From Stegostoma tigrinum (Eukaryota): a DNA stretch of 64,000 nt. How positions within the stretch are numbered: the stretch's first letter is position 1; every line of letters starts with the position of its first letter. Where the stretch lies: positions 99,044,947 through 99,108,946 of the forward strand of contig NC_081359.1 of NCBI RefSeq assembly GCF_030684315.1. The letters are read 5' to 3'. Below are positions 24,651 through 38,639 of the stretch, piece after piece. The position numbers and the translations under genes were made by a program. Under the pieces are notes generated by a model. It did no database searches. It saw only the letters and a list, made by a program, of their open reading frames with translations, and was not told the DNA's origin.

Positions 24651-26469
24651 TGTCACAATCATTCATCTCTTTTTTTTTGAGAAATGCGCCTCTAACGTTT
24701 AATCTCCCTTGTTTAATTTGACTAAGTTTTAAGTTAATGACATTTTCACCTTTTGCTCCGTTTCTTTTTATCCAGAAGTTCCATATTCCGCTGGACAGGC
24801 AATTTGTTCACATGGAGTTCACCCAGAATCTAAACCCGATCCTTTTAAAATTGTTTTTATTAATGGTTCACAACGAACGCTAGAAGAAAAGCACAGCATT
24901 CAGCTGAGAATTATGGATAAAATAGTAACTTTGAGCTCTGCAGCCGTGTGGCTCGAAAGTCTATTTCATTTTGGTTTTGTTGGACAAACTCAGGTCGGCC
25001 AATTCACCCCAGTTTTAACTGAAGTTCACCGATTTTGATTTTGTTTCACAATGACATGTCATTTTCCATCACTTTCAAGCAAATTGTTTGGCAAACATAT
25101 TCTGTATACCTACGAAATGCTTTCGTTTTTGAGAAGTAATCGTTTGTGTCACTAAAATCAGGGAACGAAACAAATTAATACATCTTACTAAGATGGATTA
25201 CAGCCTGTGACAAGGAACGCACTAACACCAGTTCACTGTGATGCCTGCTGTGCAGATTCTACTTCCATAGTACCGGTTCCAAAATGCCACGTGATTGCAT
25301 TTTTTGCGCATTAAAAATACTTCTCCCGTACTTGTTTCCAACTTCGTTCGTGGCCACTTGCCATTTATCATGACTCCCGCTGCGTGCCAGAGACAAAGCT
25401 CTCATCTTCCAGTCAAATGATCATATTAACGTAATTGTCGGCGATAGTGCCGACAACTACCGCTGGATTCTGTCCTTGCGACGTGCCCGGCTTACTCATT
25501 TTAGTTTAATACGTATTCGGAGGGGCCGGGACTACAAATTGGACGCCTGGTGTGTGTGTTTAATGTCTCTATTCTGAGGTAATTTTGCAAACTTCTTTAT
25601 TTTGCATTACCCACCCCTTTTTAAAACACTTTCAGATCCCTGCGCCTTAGCTTTAACCAGGCCGTGCTAAATTGGGGAGAATAAAGTTTCAAACCTGCTC
25701 CGACTGAGGAAAAATCATTTAATTACAGCTGAGGTCATATTCTTCTGTAAACTGGTCTAATTTACATTTAAAGGTGTGGGTGGAGAGGACATTTCTAATT
25801 TGTGATACCAATGAACAGAGACACACACTACGCTTTGAGAATAACTGGTATCACGGCAACTTCAAAACACATGGAATTTTGACTAAGCAGATGTTAGCTA
25901 CTTCCAGAATTGCATAATGACGCAGGGCCTACTGTCAAAATGAAGGCGAGGTTAAAAGATTCAATAATATTTCTGTACAAACCACGCGGTGATTTCAGGC
26001 GAGGGTTAGACACGCAGGTAAATATGGACTGTCAGAAGTTGCTGCAAGACATACTGCACTGCCGTTGGGTTTTATCCCCCCAAACAGCATCACACTGCCT
26101 GCCTCACAACTGGAGTAAGGCGAAGTTCCTCCACTTAACGTGGTAGATGGGAGCTCAATTTTCCGCAGAATGCTGGATCCCCCTGCGTTAAAACCGAAGG
26201 GGGATTTTGAATGACTCAATTACAAACAGACACAGGAACAGACGACCGTTCAGCTCATCGAACGTGCTCTGTTATTCATTTAGAACATGGCTCATCTCCC
26301 TCAATACCACTTTTCCCACACAACATTCCTACCTAGCAGTGAAAATTAACATTCCCAATCCTGCAGTCTCCTTCCTTAAAATTTTAATAATTGGAGATAT
26401 TTCATAATATAAGTCCTTTCTCTCTCTCCCCAATTAACTTTATTATAAAGGCATGAGTGATAGGACCCT

Positions 26470-27120
26470 AAGAAGAACAAAGGAAGAGAGGGACCTTGGT
26501 ATTGTGTCCATGGATCCTTGAAAGCGGCAGGAGTGGTAGATAAGTTTGTTAAGTTGGCATTTGGGATGCTTGCCTTTATGTGTCGTCATTGAATATAAGA
26601 GCGGGGATGTGATACGATTGTGGGATCAATAGTTAAGCCAAAGCTGGAGAACTGCTGGAGAGCTGAAGAGGATATTGAGGAGATTTAGAAGATTGTTGCC
26701 TCAACTGGAAAAATTCGGGTATAAAGAGAGACCAGATAGTCTGGTGTTGTTTTCCTTTCGAGGAGAGATGGCGAGGTCTACAAAGTTCTGAGGGGCAAGG
26801 AACAAGGTAGTTAGAGGAAAACTTTGCCCTTTAGTAGAAGATCAATTACCAGGGGCACTGCTTTGAGGTAAGAAGCAGGAGGGTTGGAAAGGATTTGAGT
26901 ATTTTTCTTTCACCTAGAAAGATATGGATATCTGGAACTCAGTGCATAACAGGGTGGAGGAAGGAACCCTATGGACATTTAAGAACTATTTAGATTAACA
27001 CTTGAAATGTCATAGCATACAAAGCCACAGGCCAAATGCTGGAAAATTGGATTAGTACAGATGAATGCAAGTGCAGACATGATGGGTTGAAGGGCCTCCT
27101 TATATGCTTTAAAATCTTAA
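26470..27120 (+). mobile_element. Degenerate CR1-like LINE 3' fragment
   Basis: agagggaccttgg (ERDLG), tggaactc and gggttgaagggcc 3' motifs shared with other CR1 copies in the window. Confidence 0.7.
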
Positions 27121-27689
27121 TGGCTTTATGCATTGATAGTTTTATGTTGCTTTCTGCAACTCAGCAGCTCATCAAGACTCATTAAACTTCATTTAAGGAA
27201 CCAAACACCTCAGCAATGGTAACAACTTCCAGACTCTCTTGGACTGGATCCTCACGACTAAGTCAAATACCATAGTGGTGGGCTTATGATTTATAGTATA
27301 GCTGTATGATTTTGATTGTAGGGTGAGGCAAGCTTGACTCTGGTCAAATCAAATCAGATATTTATGTACAAGTGGAAAGCAAGCAGCATTTTACAAGCAA
27401 ACACACAGACACACATGCACAAGGATTTATTTCAGGTTCAAGCAGAGTTGAGCTACTCATAGAGTGAAAGCTACCGGACAACTGTATTGTTTATAATCAA
27501 CCTGTTTGGACACAGCTCCAGGGAAGGTGGAACTTGAGCATAAACTTTCTGACCCAAATATATTTACAGGTAGTGCATTACAACAGCTTACACTAGAACA
27601 GTTACAATGTCACAGCATCATCAGACATCATTTATTGTGTTTTGACATGGGCATAATCATGGGACCAATTACCATCTAGACCCATTAAT

Positions 27690-28990
27690 TTCCCTAAACC
27701 ATTTCCTCTATTGATACCTATTGTTCATATTCTCTCTCTCCTTTTGTCACTTAATTATTTACTATTTTTGGAAGGGCATTAGTGCCTTCTCCAACAAAAA
27801 CTGATGCAATGTATTTATTCAACTCCTTTGCTATTTCCTGGCTCTGCATGATTATTTCCTGAGCCTCACTCTCTAAGGATTCTATGTTAATTTTGGCATA
27901 TCTATTCCTTTTTACACTTTTACACTTCCTTTTACACTATTCCTTTTATTTAAAGAAGCTTTTTCTATCTACTTTTATACCACATAGTTTGATTGCAAAA
28001 TTTATTTTCTTTGTTTTTTGTTTCAACTTCCCTAATTCTCAGGCATAATCTTCGTCACATTGCATTTTTTTCTTTCAATTTGATACAATCCTTAGCTTCC
28101 TTGGTAAACCTTAATTTAGGTTTACAAACCTTTTTTGACACTATAGATATATTTTTTCTGTGAATCATGAACTAATTTCTTAAATGTCTGCCTTTATTCA
28201 TCAGCTGTCATTTCCATAAAATCTCTTTTGCCAGTCTATTCCAGCCTTCCCCATTCATTTGTAGTTTTCTTCTTTAAGTTTAGTAAAGTTTTTCTGACTC
28301 AAGTTGATTTACTCTTCAACTCAATGCTAAATTCTCCCTTTCTTTGGTCATTGATTTCTAGAAGATGTTTTACTCTGATCATTTATTACACCCGGCCCAT
28401 TACACACCAGAAGATCCATAATCAAATGATCCTTATCGGATTCAGAGCATATTGTTCTAAGTGTTCTTCCTGAGTACTCTGTATGAACTTTTCCTCATGG
28501 TCATTTTACTAACTTGATTTTCCCAATTTACGTTAAAATTAACATTATCCATGATTAATCCACAGTTCTTTTTTTAATCAGTGCCATTAAATCCTGACTT
28601 AATCATTGTTCTACTGCATAGCTATTGTTAGGGAGTTTATAGAACACTCCCACCTGTGTCTCCTTCCCCTGTTATTTGTTATTTGCACCGATATGGATTC
28701 TACATCTTCCAATTCAAAATCACTTCTTGCTATTGTATTTATTCCATCCTACACTTACAAAAATATCCTGCCATCCTTCCTTTCCAACCTACTCTTAGAA
28801 AAATCACATACTCATGAATATTTAGTGTCCAAATTTGGTCTTCTTATATCCATGTATCCATAATTGTTATGATCCTTCTCATTAGCATTTACTGGTGGTA
28901 CTAATTCATTTGTGTTGTTTCAAATAATATGTCCATTTAAGAAACGAGCCAGAAACTTTACCTTTATGTCATTATTTATCCCTTTGACCC
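27690..28990 (-). mobile_element. Highly degenerate CR1-like ORF2 5' region (endonuclease/linker)
   Basis: Collinear with the better-preserved copy at 40640-41700. Confidence 0.55.
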
Positions 28991-29579
28991 TATTTGCTGC
29001 TTTTTAAGAATGTTTGCATACTCTATACTGTCTGTCTTGCTCTGGATATCATTATGTTTATAATTGCCCTGAAATGCTGCATATTCATTTGCTTTATTAG
29101 CTTGCATATTATTCATCAAGGGCACCCCCGCTGCCTCTGCTCCCCACTGTCCACAGCCCTAGCCATACAATTTTCTTGGATGGTGGTCCCAGGAGAGGCA
29201 ATCTTCCATAGGGTACATCTGTCCTGTCAGCTGAATGTAAAAGACATTTTGGTATTCTTTCAAAGAAGAGCTGGGGAATTATTGCAATCTAGTGATCACT
29301 TTTCATCCATCAATCAGGATCATAGATATAGTTATGAAGCAGAGGTCAACTGCTCTCTAATCCACAAACACACTATCCAAATTTCCAACAATATTGATCC
29401 ACAACAAAAAATAACTGACAGCTATCATACTGCTGTTTATGGGATATTGTTTCATACAGATGAGTTTCCCCACTAATCCTAACCATACCCCAACAGCGAT
29501 TACATCCATTGGTTATAAAGCACTTTGGCTTGTTTTGTGGTCAAGAAAAGTGCTATATGAATGTGAGCCTTTCCTTTTC

Positions 29580-30030
29580 ATTCTGTTCTGGGCACTGCAT
29601 CTCAGGGAGCATATAATAACCTTACGATGCACTGGCTGTAGGATAGATTCATTGGAAAAACATTGGAGCTAAAAGGCCCAAATTATGAGGACTAGTTGCA
29701 TGCACCTGCTTGTATTGTCTTATATAAGAGGGAATTTCCTGTGATGTCACAATCCACAACAAGGGAGCATAATCTTAAATGTATAGGTAGACCATTCATG
29801 GTTGATGTTAGAAAGCCCTTCTTCCTGCAACACATAATCAAAATATCAAACTTATTTCCCTGCAAAAGCTATCAAGGCTGGATAGTTATTGAAAATTTCC
29901 AAACCACAATTGTCCAATGTTTGCTAAGTAAGGGCATTAGGGAAAGCACAATTAAAGCCAGTCAGTGGAATCAAGATGCAGATCAACCATATGAATTTGC
30001 TCAGAGTTGCAAATGAATACTCTTGGCATG
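29580..30030 (+). mobile_element. Degenerate CR1-like 3' fragment
   Basis: ttctgggcactgcatctcagg (FWAxHLR) and aagggagcataatcttaaa (RxHNLK) motifs. Confidence 0.6.
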
Positions 30031-30409
30031 TATGGACCAGGTGGACTCCAGGCAGTGTACTGAACAGCTAGTCATTGTGAGAGCTTCATCTTTTGCAACT
30101 TAAGTGATATTCATAACTGACAATGACAAACAGTGAAAGTATATCTGCTTGGGAAATACAAATATCATCAGCCAGAAATTTGCTGTCAAAATAGCAACAA
30201 GTTCAATGGCCTATAAATAACAGAACAATTTATAATGAGGAAGAGCTACCCCATGAAAAGTGAAGTTGTCACAAGATGAATGGTAGGCTTAGAACATTTT
30301 ACCTCAGAACACGGTATGATTTAATCATCAACCGCCTTGCAAGTTTTGAAAATAAATCTGCTTTTTTTCATCAGTGAGGAACTAAATTCACTTCAGAAAA
30401 GTTAAGGCT

Positions 30410-32150
30410 AGCATGGAGTTATGCAACACAGAAACAGACCCTTTGTCTAATTCTTCCATGCTGAACAGGTATACTAAACTATCTAGCTCCATTTGTCAGC
30501 ATTTGACTCATATTCCTCTAAACCTTTCCTAATCATCTACCCATTCAGGTGACTTTTAAATGATGTACTTGTACTCAACTCCACCACTTCCCCTGGCAGT
30601 TTGTTTCATACATACACAACCCTCTGCATGAAAACGTTGCCGCTCAGTTCCTTTTAATTCTTTCGCCTCTCACCTTAAACCTGTGCCCTCTAGTTTTGCA
30701 CTCCCTTACTCTGGGAAAAAGACCTTGGCTATTCACTCTGTCCGTGCCTCCTATGATATTATAAACCTCCATAAGATCACCCCTCAGCCTCCAATGCTCC
30801 AGGGAAAATAACCGCAGCCTATTCAGCCTCTCCCTAAAGCTCAAACCCTCCAAACCCAGCAACATCCTTGTAAAGAGATAATGGCAACTGCAGATGCTGG
30901 AGAATCCAAGATAACAAAGTGTGGAGCTGGATGAACACAGCAGGCCAAGCAGCATCTCAGGAGCACAAAAGCTGACGTCTCGGGCCTAGACCCTTCATCA
31001 GAGAAGGGGATAGGGAGAGGGTTCTGAAATAAATAGGGAGAGAGGGGGAGGTGGACCAAAGATGGACAGAGGAGAAGATAGGTGGAGAGGAGAGTATAGG
31101 TGGGGAGGTGGGGAGGGGATAGGTCAGTCCAGGGAGGACATACAGGTCAAGGAGGAGGGATGAGGTTGATAGGTGGGAAATGGAGGTGCATCTTGAGGTG
31201 GGAGGAGCGGATAGGTGAGAGGAAGAACAGGTTAGGGAGGCGGGGACAACATCCTTGTAAATCTTTTTTGAGCATTCCAAATTTAACAACTTCTTTCCTA
31301 TAGCAGAGAGACCAGAATTGACACATTATTCTAAAATTGGCTTAAAAAATGTCCTGTACAGCTGTAAAATAACATTACAACTCCTATACTCAAATCTCTG
31401 ACCAATAAAGGCAAGTTTGCCGAACACTTTCTTCACTATTCTGTCTATCTGCGACTCCGCTTTCAAGGAACTATGCACTGGCACCCCTAGGTCTCTTTGT
31501 TCAGCAACACTTCCCAGGGCCTTACAATTAATTGTATAAATCCTGTCCTGATTTGCCTTGCCAAAATGCAACACGTTAGATTTTTCAAAATTAAACTCCA
31601 TTTGACACTCGTTGGCCCACCTGATCAATGTCCTATTGCACTCTGAGATCACCTTCTTCACTGTCTGTTACACCACCAATTTTGATGTCATCTGCAAACT
31701 TACTAACCATACTACCTGTATTACAATCATTTACCTACATGACAAAAAACAGTAGAGTCAGCTCTGATCCTTGCGGCACAAAAACGTCAGCTTTTGTGCT
31801 CCTGAGATGCTGCTTGGCCTGCCGTGTTCACAGACCTCCAGTCTGAAATGTAGCTCTCTACTACTGCTGTCTTTCTCCTTCCTCATAGTTAATTTTATAT
31901 CTAATTAACTAGCTGTCTGTGGATTCCTTGTAGTCTAACCTTGCTAGACAGTCTACCATGCAGAACCTTGTCTAACGCCTTGCTCAAATCCATGTAAGCA
32001 ATGTCTACTACTCTGCCTTCATCAATCTTTTTTGTCAGTTCTTCAGAAAACCCCAGTCAGTTTAGTGAGACACAACTCCCCATGCACAAAGCCATGTCAA
32101 CTATTCCTAATCAGTCCTTGTCTTTACAAATATATACAAATCCTGTTCCT
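30410..32150 (-). mobile_element. CR1-like LINE RT/3' region interrupted by Penelope-type insertions
   Basis: Minus-strand ORFs read QMEFNFEKSNVLHFG, QRDLGVPVH, RLRGDLMEVY, TRGHRFKVRG and SKFADD. Confidence 0.85.
30875..31246 (-). mobile_element. 5'-truncated Penelope-type element (family A plus pyrimidine-rich body), 15-bp TSD, nested in CR1
   Basis: caacatccttgtaaa occurs at 30860-30874 and 31247-31261. Confidence 0.85.
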
Positions 32151-33597
32151 CAGAATCTAAAGTTTGAAGGTCCCTTTGAAATGACAAGATTAATGTTCCT
32201 GCAATGGCACTCAAAATCTCTGGCCCAGAAGTGAACAGTTGAAATAGTTGAGTCTTGCTGTTGCAGAGACAATATTCAGCCTCAAATCTCTTAAAGTGAG
32301 TGTTCCAGTGTATCAAGGTTCTCTGCAGAGTGTGTATACTTGGGTGATGTAATAAAGACATCCTGTTGCTTCATATTTTTGTTATGTGAGCTGCATTTTA
32401 CTCTAAGGCTGCAAGAGGGGGTTACATAAGACAATTAATAGTTTTTGATTTTTTAAAATAGCTTAAAATTAAAGCAAAGCCAAACATTGTTTACCAATTT
32501 GTACTGTCTCTAAAAGTGAACGGCATGGAAAGTATTGGAACCAACATATGAATCTTGCATTGAGCAGAATGTCCTTTAATGTTATATTTTGATGCATTAT
32601 GTCTGTGACAATAAACATCAAATTCATGACAAATATTTAAACACCATCACTGTTTCTTTCTGAAATGTGCGACATACCATTGGAATCACTTTGGAAAATC
32701 AAATAACTAGAAAATATTATGACTAATTTTAATTTCTTTGCCATATTATCCTTTCTACTATTTTTCTCAGTTTTCTCTGAATGGAGAGTGGCCAAATACC
32801 GAACTGAAGGAATTGTTTGGAGCTGTAGTTATCTCACACAGCTAAGGGATTTAAATGAATGTCATTAGAGATATAGTGGTCATTAAACCCAGAGTCCTTG
32901 GATGATCATTCAGCTTCATGTATGTTAATTTTGGTTCCTTGTACATCAGATTCAAAAGTGGCTTCCCTGATGCCGTAATCAGCCCTCATCGTTTAAACAG
33001 AAAAAAAACAGTGAAAATGTTGAGGCATAAACAAATGGGAATAAGCAAAAGAACCTATGCAGGTGTTAATGAATCTTGCTCTTCAACACAGCCTCTGGTA
33101 GTTTGGTTATCAGATGAACACACACTGTGAGAACTGCCTGGGAGCTCTGAATATCCCCTGTTTCTCCGGACCTTGTGAAAATATTTCCAACTCTGACTTA
33201 GACTCAGAGACTTGAATGGTTCTGGCTTACTTACCTGATTATTTACCCAGGAAATATCAAACAGCCAAAGTCCTCGTTAAACTCCTGATTTATGTATGCA
33301 GCAGGCAACCATGCCCCCCTCTACTCCAATTACTCAGATTCGTCACCCCCTTTCCCTACACTACACGCCTGACAAATCCATTGACTACTCCTGACCTAAT
33401 TTGATCCAACTCTTGTTGATCCAATTTGACTAACTCCTTGATCAAACTCCCCTACATCTTTGGATTGTGGGAGGAAACTGGGGTACTGGAAGCACACTAT
33501 ATAATCCATTCATGTGATAGCAAACTTCCAGAGGCTGAAAGATCTGGACCTATATTTGCTGTTGCTGCGTTGAAGACCAAGCTTTATTAACAAATGC

Positions 33598-33875
33598 GTA
33601 GGCCTGTGTGGAGCTTTCACATTCTCCCTGTGTCTGCGTGGGTTTCCTTGGGGTGATCCAGTTTCCTCCCACATTCCAAAGATGTGCAGGCTAGGTAGAT
33701 TGGCCATGGGAAATTGCCCATAGTGTCCAGAAATGTGTAGGTTAGGTGAATTAGCAATGGGAAATGCAGGGTTACAGGGATAACGTAGGGTGGTGACTCT
33801 AGATGGGATGCTGTCCGAAGAATTGGTGTGGATGTGTTGGGCTGAATGGCCTGTTTCTGCACTACAAGGATTCAA
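33598..33875 (+). mobile_element. HE1-like V-SINE, 5' truncated
   Basis: V-domain-like core tgtgtggag...cattctccctgtgtctgcgtgggtttcc...tttcctcccacattccaaagatgtgc with a CR1-type tail. Confidence 0.8.
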
Positions 33876-34289
33876 TTAAAAAAAAGGCAACTTGATCTGG
33901 CCATCACCTGATGCCTCTAGAAGTTATGACCATGCCCTGATAAAATAAATTTAGTCCTCAACCTGACAGGCCCATCTCCCACTCCGATATAATGAGTCTC
34001 TGACCAGATGGGCCCTTCTGACTGAGGTTATGAACCCAATTACCAACCTCAGCAAACAATTACCCTACCAACATGTCTGTCTACTGACTTTACGTACTTA
34101 GTCCCTTATCAAGTTCCCCACCTGACCACACTATCCACCTTACCTCCCTCATTGCTTGCCACCCTACCACCCTACCTACATGTCATCTTGCCGTGATACC
34201 CAGCTGCAATGTTGCCACCCCACCAACTCACCACACTGCTTCCTAATCTATTTAAGCTAATCACCCTACAAGAAAAGCCTGCTTAAATA

Positions 34290-34805
34290 GTACCTTCCGA
34301 ACCCATGACCACTACCATCGAGAAGGACAGGAGCAGCAGAAACATGGGAAACCTCCACCTGCAAGTTCCTCTCCAAACTGACTTTGAAATATATATCAGA
34401 GATTGTAAGAACTGTTGATGCTGGAGTCAAAGATAACACAATGTGGAGCCGGAGGAACACAGCAGGCCAGGCAGCATCAGAGGAGCAGGAAAGTTGACGT
34501 TTCAGGTTGCGACCCTTCTTTAAATCTGGTCTGCCTGAAACGCCAACTTTCCCGCTTTTCTGATGCTGCCTGGCGTGTTGTGTTCCTCCAGCTCCACACT
34601 GTGTTATTTCAAAACATATGTTGCATTTTCAGTGTAGCTGGGTTAAAATCTTGGAACTCCCTCCCTAATGGCATTGAAAGTCTACTTACAGCACATAGAC
34701 TGAAACAATTCAAGAGGGCAGCTCACTATCACCTCTCTAAGTGACCAGGGAAGGCCAATAGAAAGTTGTCTAGCCAGCAACACCCCCATTACATGAATGA
34801 ATCAA
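34290..34805 (+). mobile_element. LINE 3' fragment containing a nested Penelope-type hairpin (34408-34610)
   Basis: Arms ataacacaatgtggagccggaggaacacagc and gttgtgttcctccagctccacactgtgttat. The host sequence resumes with tggaactccctccctaa. Confidence 0.65.
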
Positions 34806-34999
34806 CCCCTCCCCTTACCCACCAATTTCTTGACAACCCTACCCATGTACATACTTACCCACTTTTCATGACTTTTCAAAGAAGCTTTTTAGATTTTGGA
34901 ACTCATTACTTCCTGGAATGTAGCAACCAGTGATGTTACCAGAGGCTGTGGATTCGATACATATTCTCTGTAACGCTCCCTTTTGGAATTTTTTTCCCT

Positions 35000-35565
35000 T
35001 TATTCATTCACAGGACGAGGGCATTGCTGGGTAGCCAACCATTTTTTGCCCATCCCTAATTGCCCTGAGGGCAGTTAAGAGTCAACCATGTGGCTGTGGG
35101 TCTGGAGTCACATGTAGGCCAGACCAGGTAAGGATGACAGTTTCCTTCCCTAAAGGACATTAATGCACCAGATGGGTTTTTCCCAACAATTGGCAATGAA
35201 TTCATGGTCATCACTAGATTCTTAAGTCAAATTCCATCATCTGCCATGATAACAAAGTGTGAAGCTGGATGAACACAGCAGGCCAAGCAGCATCCTAGGA
35301 GCACAAAAGCTGACGTTCTGGGCCTAGACCCTTCATCAGAGAGGTCTCGGCCCGAGACATCAGCTTTTGTGCTCCTAGGATGCTGCTTGGCCTGCTTTGT
35401 TCGTCCAGCTACACACTTTGTTATCTTAGATTCTCCAGCATCTGCAGTTCCCATTATCTCTCTCCATCAGCTGCTATGGTGGAACTTGAGCCCAGGTCCC
35501 CAGAACATTATGTGGGTCTCTGCATTAACAGTCCAGTGACAATACCACTAGATTATCACCTCCCT
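35000..35565 (-). mobile_element. SINE/LINE-tail element hosting a family A hairpin (35249-35462, 16-bp TSD)
   Basis: tccatcatctgccatg at 35233-35248 versus tccatcagctgctatg at 35463-35478. Confidence 0.7.
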
Positions 35566-38500
35566 TTAATTGCTGCACTGTATTAAATCTGAAGGATTTT
35601 CCATTGGAGGATCATTTAGTAAATTGTGGAGAATATAGGTGAGCATTTTTGTTTCTCTGATCAGCATCAAGAATAGGCTTTCTGAACCTAATTGTGCAGC
35701 CTGGAAAATAACATGTATGGTGTCAGATCTTTCTTTCAACGTAGAAACATAATAATATCAAACAATGGAGCTGGAGTAGACCATGCAACGTCTTCTATCT
35801 GCTACCCCAGTCAAAAAATCATGGCTGATCAGAACAAGAGCTCCAAGCCAATTTCTATACAAAAGCCATTATTTTTGATGCTCTTGTAAATCAAAAATCT
35901 GTCTAACACAGTCCTGAACGTATTCAATGATTTCACTGGGGTATGTGTGTGGGTGGCGGTTTGGGTGATGGTGTTGTGGAGAATGTAACGGGAGAGAATT
36001 CTACATGATGGTAAAGTTAACACCACTTGTTATGTCTGTGGAAATCACACAACAGCTAAAAGTAGTTAAAGTTGTGCCATTCCACTATTACCTTCACGCA
36101 AATGATACTCACAGCCTGTGACGTTTTTGAAATGCAATAAAGTATTAAAAGATGTATTTATGAAGTAGAGAAAAAATTATAAATTTCATCACAAAAAAAC
36201 TAAGCCCTTTTAAGTAAATCTATTCTTTGTCTTAATGATATGAAAGTGTTAATTTTGTCAACCAGACTTTCTGACCCTGAAATTGATGATCACAAATGTG
36301 GAGGCTCATTCTTTCAGAGGTTGACTATTTTAGAGTTTTAAAAAACATGGAAGATTTAAAGTTTGCATTTTTTTTCAATTTCCTTTCTGTAATTTTTCTC
36401 TTCATGTCTCAACACAATATGCTTTTGCCCGTATTTATTTTTCTTTCTTTACCTGACTCAGTGTCGAATTCAAACATTCTAAACCATTCTTCCTTCTCAG
36501 TTGTTAGGCATTTAATGACTTAGTCTTTTAATGTTATTTATTCATTGAGGAGGAGGTCGCTACTTGCCCTGTTGACACAATTTGCTTAATGTAACGTTGT
36601 TGCTTCACACATTTATCAATGAATGACACAAATAAGAAAACATACGCAAAGGCATGGCTGATTAACATGTGATGGAATTGAATAAAATCCGGGCCATTAG
36701 ATATTTTGATAGGAGAACCTAACATCAAATGGCATTAAATATGCTGGAGTTCCATGTTGCTTAACTGTCTATTTCTGGAGTTGAACAACAAGAAGGAAGG
36801 TAAGGCTAGGGAGGTTAGGACCAATTGTCATACAACATCAACAATTCTGCTTCTTAAAAAGAGTATTTTCTTTAAATTCAGTATTTGCTTGCCTGCTGAT
36901 ACTCTATAAAAGCAAAAGCAGGTTATCCAAATAGTGAAGTTAAATTAAAAGCAAAGACATTAATGCTTAGGTAAACGTTTGGAAATATTTGAACTTCTAT
37001 GAAGTAATGCAATGACCAACATATCAAAGATTTGTTTAAAGAGGTATTTATTTTTTTGTCTACATCAGTGAATGACTATATCTAAAACAGATTCTCTCAC
37101 CACAAAGTTTCATGTGTTCGTCTGCCATAGAAATCCATCTGACATCGTCTAGTTTCTTTATGCTGAGCCCAGATGAAAATGACTTTTTTTGTGGGGACTG
37201 GAGGGATGGTGGGTGGCTTTTGAAGTGTTTTACATTTGTCTGCTCTGCAGAAAGGGATGTTGAATTTGATGTAGAGTATATCTAGCCTCCTTTGCCAACT
37301 ATCAACGGTCATTCCATCTCCACGTGGTGATTAACTCACCGGGGATTATAACCATTTTGTGATTTTTTTACTTTGAATGATTTTGCATTTGGGCCCTTGC
37401 AGATAACCAGTATGTTATTCAAATGAATGTAATCATTTTTGAGATCAAAAATTGGAAAAAGTGAAATAGAATTCTCTGTCACTTTGATATTTAGATGCTA
37501 CAAACACTCAATGGTGTCTCTGAAGTAATGTAGGCCATCTTAATGTTAGCTGCACTTAATTTAAATAGTGCAATAAATTTCATATTGATTATTTAACAAG
37601 ATTTTTCGGGTTAGAACATAAAGAAGGCCACTCCCCATCTACGCTGGACCACTTTCAACTTGAAAGAACCCAGTCCAACAATGCAGCCTGCATAGTGTGG
37701 TGACATAAGTGAACCTCTGCGACAACAGAGTGAGCAGTCATGACCAGCACTCTTACGATATGTGGCCAATGAAGAGAAATTAGACTTCAGGCCTTCAAGG
37801 AAACAATCAGTGGCAAAAAAAAAACTACTCGCCCTTGACCCAGAGACTTCAAAAGGAACAGATTTTGCTGATTGCTGATGAGAGCAGACCACAAAAACCT
37901 TGTGATGACACTCAGCACAAGTACTTCAGAGAATGACAGAGACAGCGTTTCAGACATGACAGAAGGTATGTTAGGATGAAAGAAAACTTGCAGCTTTCAG
38001 GTCGAGCTAACGGCCGCACTGAGAGGTGGTTGTCTGTGGAAATGGTTTGAAGACTGTGTTGCATTGCAGAGCCGGCCAAATGTTAAGGATTGTGTGATGT
38101 AAAGAAAAAAACTCTTGTAAATGGAGGGAAAACTTAAATGGCATGCCAAAAGGGCAGCAGTTTGAAGTTGCAGCTCTGATTAAGCATCACCACTATTGCG
38201 CATGGATACCATGAGACACAGTTGGAAAAATGAAACTAAGAGGACCATGAGAGATAACTTGCATATTGTATATTGTGGAGAGCTGGAGAAATTGCTAATT
38301 AAGCCACGTAAAGTGGATAAACATTGGATTATCCAAAGGAGGGCATGGTCTGGTCTAACACAGAAATGTTTGTGAGGCGAGGAAAAGGCAGTGGAATTCG
38401 TAGTGAGATTCCAAAGCATGGAAAAATAGCTGATACATTCACAAAAGATGGGAAAACCTCTCTCACTGTTGTGAAAAGCAGGAAGCCTTCTATTGTAGGC

Positions 38501-38639
38501 ACAAAGATTTGGAAAGCCCTCTAGGATAGCAGCAACACACGGGAAATATTCTAGCAGACTCAAATTAAGAAGAAGTTTGCTATCAAGAAGATTAAAAAAA
38601 AACAGAGAAAACTATGTCATCAGAAGTAATATTGCCAAG

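Noticed and set aside
28994-29476. 160-aa ORF
   Set aside because: It spans decayed repeats, starts at a non-ATG codon, and shows no recognisable domain or codon bias.
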